64,000 bases of DNA from Hormiphora californensis (GCA_020137815.1 CM035356.1:372001-436000), one strand, 5' to 3'; positions 1 through 16,879 are shown, counted from the first letter of the stretch. Notes: generated by a model not told the origin, from the sequence alone. Program-made: numbers and translations.

Positions 1-327
1 CAAAGGATGGCCAAGACCCTGAACGAGAGAACAAACAGGAAGTGACAACAAACTGACAGTAAAATCACTGATTACCTCATTACCGTCCTCCCTTTCTTCT
101 CTTTCTACACAAGCAAAGACAGGAAGGATGGTAATGAATAAATATAAAATGAACGGTCTTATCTGTTTGGAGGATGTAGTTGGCTGTTCCTTTTGGCGGT
201 CTCCATGTTGTAGTAAGGGTAGGTTGAAAATTGCAAAATTTCACTAAGTCGTGAAATACGAGATGGCCGGGAGGGCCGGGGGAGAGCCGACGCAAAATAT
301 TGAGATATCACGCAAAAGTCCAAAGTT

Positions 328-370
<43 letters not shown>

Positions 371-373
<3 letters not shown>

Positions 374-1192
374 AGTGTCCCGATCTCTGGAATATGAAGG
401 AAAGATAAATGCAAAAATTCTGCAGCAAAACAAAATCCTTGCAGCAAAATGAAAAAATATTGGGGACTGCAGCAGCAGCTGCAGAAGATATTTCCCATAC
501 TTACACAAGAGATACAGCAGTGCTGCAGTGTTAACAGTGTGTAACAGAGAGATAGAATATGTTGGGGCATGCCCCAGTTGTGCGTAATGCACCGACAACA
601 GTCGAGTAAGGGGGGGGAGGGGGAAAGAAAAGAGAGATTCATACTTTAACAAAGATCTCTTTTTCCCCATAGCTTTACAAAGGGGTGAGATCGTTATAGT
701 CACTGTTGCAGTACCTGAGTGGAATTTTCTCGAATTTTCCATCTCTGCAGTCGCTGCAGCACTGCAGCAGGGAAGGGGAAGAAAAGAGAGATTCATACTT
801 TAACATAGCTCTCTTTTTTCCCCATAGCTTTACAAAGGGGTGAGATCGTTATAGTCACTGTTGCAGTCCCTGAGTGGAATATTCCAAGACATTTCCACTG
901 CTGCAGCAGCACTGCAGCAGGCACTGCAGAGATGGAATATTCCAAGGAATTTCCACTACTGCTGCAGCAGCACTGCAGCAGGCACTGCAAAGATGGAATA
1001 TTCCAAGGAATATTCCAACCTTATAGGGACTGCAGTAGGGAAATATTCCAATGTTAGGGGTACTGGGACTGCCGGGGTATTTTAGGACGGCAAAATCCCT
1101 ATCCATGACTGCAGCAAATAGTAAAATTCCTGCAGCAAAACGAGCTCCCAAAATGAAAATTCCAGGCGTGAAAAAAAAATCGGGACACCGGG
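371..1192. mobile_element. Non-autonomous TIR/foldback element in the Nova intron, inserted in a (CT)n tract; CTGCAG-rich internal repeats
   Basis: Ends are CCCAGTGTCCCGAT ... ATCGGGACACCGGG, flanked on both sides by CTCTCTCT. The interior has direct repeats (about 615-735 vs 770-880) and GGAATATTCC/CTGCAG palindromic motifs. Confidence 0.65.
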
Positions 1193-1458
1193 CTCTCTCT
1201 CTCTCTCTCTCACCCCGTTGCAGTTTGCCCTTTCTCTCTCTTTCTCTGTGTCGCATTGCAGCAAAGTTGAGAGGGCGGCTGTGTTTACATGCTAGTGCGT
1301 GGCATTGTGCGTGGGCGAAGGAAACACAGATCTAGTGACCCCCGCACCTTAGTCAGCACCGTGGGAGAATCTCGGGGAGAGATAGAGAGGAAGGGATGAT
1401 ATAGAAAGGAGAGGGAAGAGAGAGGAATGATTAATGACAGACCAAATGAACTTCTAAC

Positions 1459-4864
<3,406 letters not shown>

Positions 4865-5877
4865 AGCCCCTACCTCCTTGCTATTGTAACGAGAGAGTGG
4901 TTAGTGGTTAGGATATCTAGGGAGACTCCGAACTACAGACTGGGCTTGTTAGTTATATAGTTTAATCACTGCAACAGTGAGTCTCCTGGTGGAAATCGGT
5001 TTGGCCCAAAACTAAAGTTTTGAAATAACACTGATCCCCTCATTTTACATCCCCCTGGCCCTTATGTGAGACAATACTACGAGACTCAACTAAAGATACA
5101 AGAGATATAAAAATGTAGAATGCGGCATGTCCCTTTGATTATAATTCTGATATGAGACAATATCTACATGTTACTGATTAACATTTAGCAGTGCTGTCCC
5201 AAGTTAAACTGGTCCTAGTTCTGCGAGGCATTTATTTAACAAAACAAGAACTGGTGTTCTTCCAATCACTAAGAGACCTGTTTACCACCGGGGTCTCTAG
5301 ATAACAGGTCGCCTCCAAATTAATTGCAGCATCTTCAGCACTACACTGCACAGAGTGCACACATAACTATATAGTGTTCACACAATTATATAATAGTGTT
5401 TTTACATGCTGCATGTCATGCATATAATATCGTGCATATATTCAAGCATTATATATGCCGAATATACAGATCATTGTTTGAATTCATGCATGACACGAAA
5501 CAAAGGTTGAAACTCGGGCACAATCTTGGATCGAACTAGAGTGTTGGAAGAGAAGTTAAAAGGGGCACCATGACACGATAGCAAACTGTGAGCAAGACCA
5601 CAAGCTCGCCTCCTTGAATAATAATGATAGTGTGTACTGGACAACCACCATAGGGCGCTGGTACAGTGAGAGTATGGCTATGGAGAATGAGGAGTTGATC
5701 TTAGTCTTAGGGCAGCCTTAAATAGAAACAACAACATCTACTGTTGGTGTGTGATACGGCATCTGAGTAGAAGATGTGCACTGAAATGGTATACAGACTA
5801 AGGGACGATGGAAGACCATGTAACGTGTGTGTATTGATATTTTAGTCAAGCAATTAGCCTGAAACACTTTGAGGCGA

Positions 5878-5939
5878 GGTCGTTCAATTAGACTAAAACA
5901 ACTAAAGGAGGGATCATGTATCAGTCTAATTGAACGACC
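5878..5939. repeat. Short inverted repeat/hairpin (17-bp perfect arms), possible mini-MITE remnant
   Basis: GGTCGTTCAATTAGACT ... AGTCTAATTGAACGACC. Confidence 0.7.
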
Positions 5940-6740
5940 ATTCTATAGTAGACTGATAATTCGTATAAATGACGACCTAGAAGAAACAGTTTGAGGAACA
6001 GGTTCCTGAACTGTGAAATGATAAGGAATGTTCTCTAACAAGAGTGCACATTGGAGTAGATAATCATAGTGTGGCGGGTCTTTGTTTATGAACTGAAAGG
6101 GCCCCAGAGTTTTCGGTAAATATGGTTGGAAAGAAAGTTCAATAACAATCTTCCACCTCTCCAAAGATTGTGATATTGGACTGGTTTGGACAATTGATTA
6201 TTGAATCGAGAATACCGCTCAGATGACACTTGGTGCAGTTATGAGATCTGGTCAACTTATAATTTGAAGTTATTAGAGATTGCAATGCAATTCAGCCGAA
6301 AAGGGGCCATAACTCACTCATTTTCACAATCCAGTGTGTGATGTAAGCCACAGAGAGCAAGAATGAAATACCGAATTTGAGCTACTGCAAGTCAGCTACA
6401 CTGTGATATGTGAGATGATAGAAAAAAAGACTGACTTGGATACAGCGTGCGACACATATGATCCCATACATATCTAAAAGGGAGAGAGTAAATTAAAGAT
6501 CAAGAGAGGTATCACTGTGCTGGTAGTCCCATTATTATATACTTACAACCTTGATGTATGAGATATTTTTGTTAGATGCAGGTAGGAGCTGCCAAAAGTA
6601 CCTAGTAGTAAAACGGCTCTCACCACCAAACCACTCTACCGTTTTAAGATTATCTTTACTAGCTCAAGCCTTATTAGAGAAAGGGTTAAGGCTGTCCTAA
6701 GCTCTAACCCTTTCTCAGCAGTTAGCGGTTAGCCCGGACC

Positions 6741-7013
6741 GGGCGCGATTATAATCTGGGTGCCTTGCAGCGTGTTTACAGGTGCGCGCTACCAAAAGAG
6801 TATACTTAGACCAACTTTTTTCAAACGGCTATAGCCATGGAACCACTTGGCCGATTTGAGTAAACTAAACGGTATCAGTTAGAGAATCGATAGCCCTAAC
6901 CGATAACCCCAAACCAAACCCTAACCAGACCCTAACGGATAGCCCTAACCCGTCGCACGCGCCAAAACTACGAATTGTTAGCAATGAAAGGCACCCAGAT
7001 TTTAACGTTTTCC
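6741..7013. mobile_element. Mutator-like MITE (imperfect GG...CC TIRs, 9-bp TSD) with CCCTAAC motifs
   Basis: TSD GCCCGGACC at 6732-6740 and 7014-7022. TIR cores are ATAATCTGGGTGCC and GGCACCCAGATTTT. Confidence 0.65.
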
Positions 7014-7400
7014 GCCCGGACCGGCTGCCCGGTTAGTGTCTAACAGTAAACAGATAACCCTAAAAATCTGATGTGCTGTCTGCTGACACGATGATCACCC
7101 AGATTAATCGTTCCTCTGCTTTTCAATATTCACTCTTTTATCTTCAATTACATAATTGAGTTACTAAGTGAGTTACTAATTGGCGGCTGTATTAGCCGTT
7201 AGCGACAGGTGGCCTGTTGACTCTCTGGAAGAATTTCAATAACCACTAGCGATGAGGCTAAGTGATAAAAAATCTTGTGCATTGAGCAAGCATAGCCAAA
7301 ACGTGTTCTATTCGTGCGGAAGGGCTTGCAGAAGCAGTGCCTTTGATTTTTGAAGCACAAAGGTCACAAAAATCCTGAAATTTTCGCGAAAGTAAAAAGT

Positions 7401-8945
7401 GGAAAGTATAATAAAATTGTAATAAAAGAAGCCACATGCATCTGGCCTAACAGTGTCAATAATAGTATATATAAATTGTTTTTGCCTGACTGGCTACACG
7501 AAGAAAATCACATAAAATACATGCAACAGTTAAAGACTAGTATGTATGGTACAGATCTGATGAAGAGCCATCATTCTTGTTCCTTCCTCTGTAACCCCGA
7601 ATAGAACAAGTTATGGAGCGAACCATTGAAAATGATAGACGAACACGGAGGTATCGAATACACTCCTGGTAGGTATAGCCAGTTTTCCGCGATTTCTTGG
7701 TTGCGAGTTGCTTCAGTGTTCTGCTGAACTCTTGACCAAGTCCACCGGTCGTTGACATAACGAGGGGAGTAAAAGAAGCTTTTTCCACCTCGAGAATGCG
7801 ATGTAGATAGTTCTTCTTCTTCCCTTCCTCGTGCTTGATATACGTTTGAGGGATATCCTGAGTCTCATTAGACTGTGCCCTTGGGTTAAAAACCCTTACG
7901 TCAAAATAGGTGCAGTCCATTGGTCCCCAGAATCCCCTCGTTCGAATGTCAAGGCGAGCTCCATCCTCTGTAATGGTCCCAGGTGGTAGTTTTGCTCCTC
8001 TAACTTCCAGTAGGTGGGGTTCAGCCTTAGTGTCGTAGCACACTTTGTCCAGCTCCGCAGTTAGAAAGTCTCGAACGCAATCGTGTCTGACCGCAACAAA
8101 TCCCCCGCGTTTGCATGACATGGAGTGATCGATGCTGTTTTCCTCCCCACAAACGCACTGTGTTGCTCTCGGCTGTCCCACTAGTGGGAGATCGTATCGT
8201 GCTGAGATTGAATCAAAGAACTCCTGGCGATTGAGTGTGAGCTTCAATGACTCTAGGGGTAGACAAGTGAGCCATGTTGATGCCCCTTTCTCGCTGAGTA
8301 GATCAAGGTTCCTCGCCTCTCTTGGCTTGATTGACTGAACGATTTTTTCCCTGCATTCCTTGTGATAATTAGCTTTGCCAGTTTTGATGCTGAGGGCTAT
8401 GGCTTTCTCAGTCTCAGGATTCGGTATATATTCTACGTCTTGTTTCTGGATGGCCTTCTGAAGTTCTTCTGTCGCTTTCAACGAGTTCTGGTACTCCAGG
8501 TCAGCCATGTGACAGGGGTTTTCGACACCCAGCCCTCCCATTCTCGTAGGAAGTGCCATTATGGATCGTAGCGTATCAGGAATGAATGGTTGTCCTGTGA
8601 TAGCTGGGAGGAATTTCTCTCTGATTGCCTTCTCGATGGGCTCTAGTTCTGTAGCGATCCCTGGTGTTGTCCGCAGCAAGTAGTTCCACTTCTTACTCAA
8701 CCCGATTGTGTAGGCTGAATAAGCTAGTTGGGGTTCGTTGCAGGCAATGTCGCTCAGTTGTTCTATCTCCTCGACCCATGTCTTCACTTCATTCTTCACC
8801 CAATCCTTCATTCCATCATCGCTCCCAATGAAGGAACCCAGGTAACGGTGACCAACAGTTGTTATGTTGACATCTGGAAACAGTTCCTTGGCTCTTTCCT
8901 CCTTGTCTTCTTTCACAATCAGCCAACTTTTCGAAGGCTCAGACA
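7401..8945 (-). mobile_element. 5'-truncated CRE/R2-group non-LTR retrotransposon (restriction-like endonuclease type)
   Basis: Flanked by an imperfect direct repeat TTCGCGAAAGT(C)AAAAA(A)GT at 7383-7400 and 8946-8965, interpreted as the TSD. It encodes the RT C-terminus/thumb, a zinc-knuckle-like region and an RLE. Confidence 0.85.
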
Positions 8946-8946
8946 T
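7537..8946 (-). CDS. Uninterrupted 469-aa ORF: end of RT (SKSWLIV...HRYLGSFIG), thumb, CxC...H..C zinc knuckle, PD-(D/E)xK endonuclease (ARLDIRTRGFW...YFDVRVFNP...HEEGKKKNY); lacks the RT catalytic core
   Basis: The ORF translation shows motifs characteristic of CRE-like elements. No YxDD motif is present. Confidence 0.85.
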   Translation of the reverse strand: MSEPSKSWLIVKEDKEERAKELFPDVNITTVGHRYLGSFIGSDDGMKDWVKNEVKTWVEEIEQLSDIACNEPQLAYSAYTIGLSKKWNYLLRTTPGIATELEPIEKAIREKFLPAITGQPFIPDTLRSIMALPTRMGGLGVENPCHMADLEYQNSLKATEELQKAIQKQDVEYIPNPETEKAIALSIKTGKANYHKECREKIVQSIKPREARNLDLLSEKGASTWLTCLPLESLKLTLNRQEFFDSISARYDLPLVGQPRATQCVCGEENSIDHSMSCKRGGFVAVRHDCVRDFLTAELDKVCYDTKAEPHLLEVRGAKLPPGTITEDGARLDIRTRGFWGPMDCTYFDVRVFNPRAQSNETQDIPQTYIKHEEGKKKNYLHRILEVEKASFTPLVMSTTGGLGQEFSRTLKQLATKKSRKTGYTYQECIRYLRVRLSFSMVRSITCSIRGYRGRNKNDGSSSDLYHTY

Positions 8947-9464
8947 TCGCGAAAGTCAAAAAAGTTTTGTGGGAAAGAAAAAGTGAAAACAGAATTTTCT
9001 AACGCGCGCAGCATAATTTTTTATTTTTGGCAGTACATAAAGCAAAAAATCTGGCGCGTTACGTTTATTTTTCTAATTCGCAGAGTAAACTTGTTTAAAC
9101 GTGAGTGCCGCGCACAATTCCTATGCATATGTCCATTTTTTCATTCGACATTTTGTTTTTTGCCAAGCACACCAAAGCAAAACTGTTTTTTTCGGTGTGG
9201 CTGCCGCCCGATAAAAGGAGAGCAGGGTCAGCTCCGCTAGACTGAGAGTTGAGACAAATAAAACTAAAAGTTAGTTTTCGACTGATTTAATTTAATTGAT
9301 GGTAGAATTCAGGGCCCAGGTAACGGGCCATGGCTGCTTTGACTGAATCCCGAATCCCGATATTTTATAATTTATCTTTCAGCCCTTAACTGGCCCCGCT
9401 TTTGAAATTAATTTGACAATTTAAATGAAATTTAACACTCACAACTTTTTCTTGTTATTAGCTC

Positions 9465-12400
9465 ATGAATGTGATCCAATTCTTGTTGGTATTCGAGGTC
9501 ATTGTTGGCACATACTGCCGATCTACCGAACATGGATCCACAGAGGAACTGTTTAAAGAGCTCGAATACGAAAACCTGGAACATTTAGAGGGCAAAGACC
9601 TTGTTGACAACAAAATAAAGTTTCACCTCTTTTGGAATCGCAAATGGGGGTACAGTCAGCAAGATTATTACTACATCGAGCAATACCGACCCACCGGAAG
9701 ATGCTCCTTCACTAAAGAGGGATTTCTCGACTGCAGCAAGCTACGGACATCCGATGAGGAGGTTTTGATCGTCAAAAAGGACGTGTCATTAATCACAAAA
9801 GAATCTTTCCCAGAAAACAATGGCATCAAGAAACTCAGTTTAGTTAGTATCAACTCTCTAACTGAGATCAGGCATGATGCGTTTGATAGACTGAAGAACT
9901 TGGAGATCCTCGTTATCACCCGAACTAATCTGTTGAAAGTTCCTCCCATTGTCACGTCGCTTCCCCGGTTACGGTTTATTGACCTCAGTGAAAACAAACT
10001 TTACAGTATTCACGCCAATCATTTCAAAGAATGTCCCAACTTAGAGGTGTTAAACCTTGGAGGAAATGTCTTGGAACATCTATGTCACCTGGCGTTTTCA
10101 GGGACAAAGCTAAAACTTCTCACGCTAAACAATAACAAGCTCAAGAGCGTCCCCCAATTCCCAGATCTCTCTGATACTCTGATATACCTGGGATTGGAAC
10201 ACAACGAGATTGAGACACTTCCAAAGTACGCATTTGAAAAGCTGGGTGGTTTGATACACCTGAACGTTAGTGGTAATCCTTTAACTCACATCGAACATGA
10301 CGCTTTCAATGGTCTTGACAAGTTGAGGTTCTTAGAGATGCTGTCTTTTCTGAAACCTGTCGACATTCCGTTCCAGATATTCCACAACATCCCCTCTTTA
10401 GAGCACATTACCATGGACTACTGCAACTCTCCAAACTTTATCGGCCGTTCGTTTGAAGTAGTCCCCCAACTGAAAGGACTCTCAATAAGATATAGTGGTG
10501 TTAAGGGGATTGATTTCCGAGCAGTTCAGGGTACCTCGGTCCTCAAATGGATTTGGCTTGACGGCAACAAGCTCCAAACATTCCAACATGGCATGTTCAT
10601 GGCTGGACAGTTCCCACTTCTCGAAGAGATTCATCTGAGTGACAATCTCATCACTGATGTTGAGTGGTTTTCTCCCAAAGAATTTATTCCACGTGGTCTC
10701 ATGGTCAAAACTGCCCTTTCAACAATCAATGAGACGAGTTTCTCAAAACTTCCCAGCCTCAGGATAATCAATCTGGACACCAATTCAGTTTCCCACATTA
10801 GGGACGGGACATTTGAACATGTTGGTACATTAGAAGAGCTTTATTTAGGTCATAACGACCTCCTATTTGACACGGTTGATCCAAACGCCTTTACAGGTCT
10901 TGAAAACCTTGTCCGATTGTCACTTGAAAGTAACAAACTGAGAGCAGTACCCACGGCGGTGTATTCTTTGAAGAAACTCTTGTTTCTAAGCATGTCCTCT
11001 AACAAACTGACCTTTATAAGAGCGGGTGACTTTACTACAATGGACGCCCTGGAAACCCTTCTTCTTGATCGTAATAGACTCCTTCTGGTCGAGGATAAAT
11101 CATTTTCACCCTCACTCCGGGCCCTCTATCTAGACTACAACGAGCTTACTTTTATACAAGAACACCCTTTCGACGATCTACCTAGTCTAGAAGCCCTGGG
11201 ACTGTCCAACAATCAGTTCAGAATGTTACCAAAGGACGTGTTTCGTCACAACACCAAACTCAGATCTCTCGACTTGCGGGGAAATGAGTTGCGGTTCCTC
11301 AATTCATCCCACTTCTCAACGAACCCTCTATCCAGTATGATTGATGTCAGTCACAACCAGATCTCATACATAGAAGCAGGGACATTCAGTCACGTTAGGA
11401 AGACCCAATATATTCTGCTGCAACATAACGAGATACGAGATATACCCGGGGATGGAATGTTCCAGGATCTAACTGCTGATATTATCCGTCTAGATCACAA
11501 CCAGATAACCCGGATTAAATCCCGGACTTTCACTAATATCGTCTGCAAGTATTTCAAACTTAATGACAATGATATTGTGGAAATAGAGAGTCATGGATTT
11601 TCAAATATCGAGGTGAAGAGATTGGGTGATGAGTACAAAGACAGCTTTGATTTGTCCAACAACCCCCTGAGGAGATTCCACGAATACTCCTTCTCGGATA
11701 TAACCGTCGGTTATAAAGTGATATTTAGGAACGTCCGACCTCTGGAAATTATACCCACCCTGGCATTCAACAAGATCACAACAAATGCCTGGGACTTCAG
11801 TAACAACGACCTCACCATGATACAGTACAAGGGGTTTCATGATATCGATGTTACCACTGAACTGAGTTTAAGTGAAGTTGGCCTTGAGTACCTTGACCGG
11901 AACGCTATCTCAGGGAAAGTTGGAAATTTAAATCTGGCGAGGAACAACCTCCGGAGGATTCCTGAGAGTGCCCTGTATCACGTGACTTTTAACCGACACC
12001 TTTATCTCCAACACAACTTTATTGATATTATCGAGAGTAATGCCCTTCCCTGATACACAGGACCACCTCTTCCTATACAACAACAACATCACTCTATTGA
12101 CGAAGAGCATGTTTGGGAATAACGACAAATCTCAGACTTTGAGGTTAGAGAATAATGTCATCTCTCGAGTTGAGGAGGGAGTGTTTGATGGGATGTTAAA
12201 GTTGCAGGAAATCAGGATGGGTAATAATGCGCTTTACGAAATTCCAGAGGATCTGTTCAGTAATCTACCGGAACTTGAAACCATTGGTCTTGCATACAGT
12301 GGAATTAGGCACTTTGCAGTCCAGCGAAACTTGCCCAAACTCAAAACTCTGGATCTGAAGTTTAACAAGTTGTCTCAGCTGGAGTTTGTTGAGGGTGGAT

Positions 12401-15400
12401 ATCCCTCCACCAACCTACCACTTTCTAGTAACCGTCTCTCCTGTGGATGTGGCCTGTTTACAGAGTTGAAGAAGGCTCAAAAAGCGGTGAAGGAGTCGTC
12501 CTGTAACAACCCAGCCCATATGAGAGATGTGAAACTGAACTGGGCCGAGAATAAGAGCCCACGATACTTCACCAAGATCTCGGTGAAGGACTATGTATGT
12601 GAGCCTGTGTCTGTTCAGGTCGGCAGAATTAGCGACATAGAGTTTCTTATTTCTTGGGAAACCCCGCAAGCAATCAGGAATGATGGAAAGCAAACAGACG
12701 ACTACTGTTATACAGCAGGATGTAGTGGAACACATGTCACATTTGATGTAACATGTGTGAAGGGAAATGATGAAAAGGTATTTGAAGTCACTGATTCCCC
12801 ATCCATGTCTGTTACTGTCCCCTATACTGCTGAGAACCTGCCCTACCTGTGCTACACAAGACTGACACTTCACACTTCCACCGAGGGGGATGTGGTGAGC
12901 AGTTGGAGTCAGGTTGTCAGCTTCAAACCCTCTCCACCTCCAATAGACGATCTGAGTTGTCAAGATGGGGACAGGTGTTACCAGCTAACTGCTGAGTTTT
13001 ACAAGATAAACAAGGATGTGGTTCTGTTTAACAACTACGGCCCTGAGAAGATGGTGTCTGGGCCGCAGTACAGGAGAAACATTCTCCTAAACTACCTCTA
13101 CAAGACAGACCCCTTATCACAAGATGACTCATTTCTACAGTGGTATGGTCCTGTGGAGGGCCTCAACCACCTCTCCAAAACCACCCTGGATCTCCCTGTG
13201 AGGGTGATGGATGGATATCAATTGTATTCTCAGCAGTTCTACCCCGTGGGTGACATCTTCCAACAGTACCCCAGGGATTGTGATTACTATATCCGACCCC
13301 TTGGATTCACCTCCAAGCTCCACTCCTCAATTTACCGAACAAATAGAGAGGTCATCCGCCTGGGGGCTGTCGATGAAGGATGGGTGTATGTGGGAGGTCA
13401 GTTGCTTGCGGAGGTAATTTCCCCTGAGGGGAGTTTTAGTGAGCAGCCCTGTACAGAGATAAGGCTGTTGGAGCAGTTTGCCCGGGTCTGGATGGGACGA
13501 ATGGTGGAAGGGGAATGTGAGGTAATGATGGCAACACTCTTCCTGCATGTGCTGCTGACACAAATCAATGTAATGCTGCAACGTGATTACAAAGGTAAGT
13601 TCATACTTAATCAGTTTGATTTTGCTGAATATGGTATTTCCTACTTATATTTTAGGCCCAATATTATTTCCATTTTTAGATTGACGAAAATACTGAAATC
13701 GGGAAGACGATCAAGATCGAGGGTGGCAGAAAATTGGAAATCTTTCTAAGTCAACGGAGGAACTGTGCCTCTAAAGTGTTTCTAGAACTAAAAAACTTCA
13801 ATCTTGTGCCTGAGAGTGAGATAGACGACAAAGAGCCTTCCTTTATCTACACAGTCACGGAATGGAAACCTATTGGTGGATACATCGCCACTTTGGACCT
13901 AGCAAATCCCTACACTCGCCCAGAGTACACAATAGAGATCCTGAACTCTGAGCGGCATTTCTGGTTTGTTGATGAGAGTTACCCCGTCACCCCTGACACC
14001 CCTGAAAGGGAGGAGGTAGACCCAGGTCCATGGTGTTCCGGGATATGTGCCCTGGGAGAGGGTGACACCACCAACACCTCTACCTGACAAAGTCAACATT
14101 CACAGTTAAGCAGTCATAATGTTCACAATGGTCCTGGCCAGGCCGTTAGATGTAGGGGTTGGCTAGGGAAGCACAATATAACGTATCGGGTCACTGGCAC
14201 CCTCCCCGGAGGAGGGACTATCTCTAACACGGGGAGGTTGGTTGTGGATAGGTAGAGGATTATAATGACCACTGGCCATTACCTGCTTCAAAATCATACA
14301 TTTGGCCGGGACTTAGACTCCGATACTCCGACTGTTATCACAGCTACTGATGAAGATCTTGAGGAGAATTCAGAGTTGGAGTTCTATGTGGGTGAAATTG
14401 AGCGGCCTGCTAGACGAGGAGAGGTGGAGGGAGGAGAAGGATTCTGTACTTGTTTGAAGACATCGAGGTGAATTACACTGTAACAAGTACACGTGATAGA
14501 CAAGGGTATACCACGTATGGGAAACACGGCTACCATCTCAATCAAGATCAGTACATCATGTGTGCCAAACATACAGTTTGAGATAGATCGTATAACTGGT
14601 GTATTTTCTGTCCGGTTCCCGGGCTTCCTCCGCTCCACCAACCCGCGAGTGTGTGACCGGTGTGAGGCAGGGTACTATTGTACAGGATATAGAACACGAG
14701 CACAATGTACCACGTGCAATCAGGAACTAGCCCAACCTGACGGGGAGTTTGTTATAGTGGAGAGTGATCCCAATTGTAACAGAAGTAAAACAGAGTTCTC
14801 ATTCGGTGGGGCAGCAGAGTGTCAGCCTTGTAAACTGGGGTGGAGGTGTTCCGATGGTATTGGTATACCTGTACAGGAAGAAGGCAAGTACATTGAGGAG
14901 TGCACGTGGGAAGGATGCCCTGAGGTCCAGGATTGTCCTCCAGGTGCTGCCTGCCAGTTTGGTATAAAACACGACTGTGCTCCGGGATCATTTGGGTTTG
15001 GTCCCATCTGCCGGTCCTGTGCACCGGGTACTATCTCAAAACAGACCAACACCCCACAGTGCACCCCCTGCCCTGCGGGGTATGAATCTACAGTTGGGAA
15101 GGACAGGTGTGAGCCATGTGCGTTCAATGAGCGCTCTGACCCTGGTTCTCTCTGTGTGGCCTGTAGGAACACGCAGGAGTGTCCGTGTCTGGAGGAGAAC
15201 CCATGTTTTGAAGGGGTACAATGTGTCAATACTGGTCAGGAGAGGTTCGATTGTTTGGAATGTCCTGAGGGATTTGAAGCTGATGGAAAAGGATGCAAGG
15301 ATATCAATGAATGTGAGGTAGGGCTTTATAGATCTTGCTCATAATGGCTATAAGTGTCTAATTGTGCATTTCTAATGCACCCTGATTGGCTAGCGAGAGT

Positions 15401-16792
15401 CACGTGATACCGTGGTGTGTTCTGATTGGCTCCATTCCTCAGGTGTTGGGTGCGTGTTGGGATGATAGGTGTATAAACCTGACCCCAGGATACAAGTGTG
15501 AACCGTGCCCTGAGTTCTACACTGGAAACACTCCCGCTGGTAATTAGTGGTAATTAGTCACGTGATATTACTGTGTCAGTGTGATGCCGTGCAAGAATAC
15601 ACAGGATCCTGGATCCCCCAGTAACATGTTTCTAACACCTCCGTCCTCCCATGTTGGTAGATAACAGTCCCCCTCCCTCTAGCTATCTGGCGGCGACAGA
15701 CCTCATATTCTCTAATCTGAGTGCGTGACAGTCCCCCCTCCCCCAGGTATTGGTAGAGAACATGCACGTGATAACCCCCAGATATGTGAAGATGTGGATG
15801 AATGTGAGACACGTAATGGGGGATGTGGTGATCACGTTACCTGCATCAACAACCATGGTATGTTGATTAACAATGTACAATATAATTGTGTACTTACAAT
15901 AATTGTGTTTTACTCCTAGACAGCAACAGTAGTAGGGGACTCAATAACTGTTTCTGTGTAGGTGCTGCTGTTACATGTGGGGATTGTGAGACAGGGTACA
16001 CATGGGAGACTGCAACAGTAGACGGGGAAACATACACCTACTGCACATGGGCTAACAAGTGCCAAGGTCAGCCGGCTGATTTAGTTTATAGCCGAGTAAT
16101 ATTATTGAAAGTTCTACATTTGTTTGACGTCCTTATTCGTTTTAACAATCGTCTATTACCCTCTGCAGTCAATGAAACGTGTACCACTAACGCGAACTGT
16201 ATCTATACACAACCTCTTGGATATGACTGCTTTTGTAATATCGGATATGCGGGTGAGTTAATGTCCATTGACATGATGGTTGTTGCCAGGTATTAGTGTC
16301 GTTGCCAGGTTACCACGAATTCACATGACCATATATGGTGTTGCAGGTTATGGCAGGAGGGCGTGTGGTGTGGATAGTGATGGTGATGGATTCCCAGATA
16401 TTAGTCTGGATTGTACTGAGACACCAAACTGTGTCCGGGACAAATGTACCAACACCCCCGATGTCTCACAGGTATAACAGTAGTTTTTATCTCTCTTAGT
16501 CAGTACTCAGGGGTACTAATTGTGGTACTAGGCAGCAGTGGTATAACAGTGGTGACATTTCACAAGGGAGACATGTTTATTCAAAACTGAATAATTCCTT
16601 TATTTTCCTCATTCCGATAGGAACCTTACACCTAAAAGATAATAGAGGTGCATGTGTCCCCTCATGTAGCCCAATGAGATGGGACGGTCCTTTTTAGAGT
16701 GTCCTACACAGCACGTTGCTATGACAACCAGCCGCTTTTCAGAGATGTTTCACAACGGTTCTAAACATCATATCAGCTTCTCATGTCTATCT

Positions 16793-16879
<87 letters not shown>

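Noticed and set aside
5000-6400. Short open frames upstream of Nova
   Set aside because: No homology recognised and no consistent exon chain.
12030-12060. Programmed ribosomal frameshift between the two LRR ORFs
   Set aside because: No canonical slippery heptamer, and similar 1-nt insertions recur elsewhere, which suggests consensus error.
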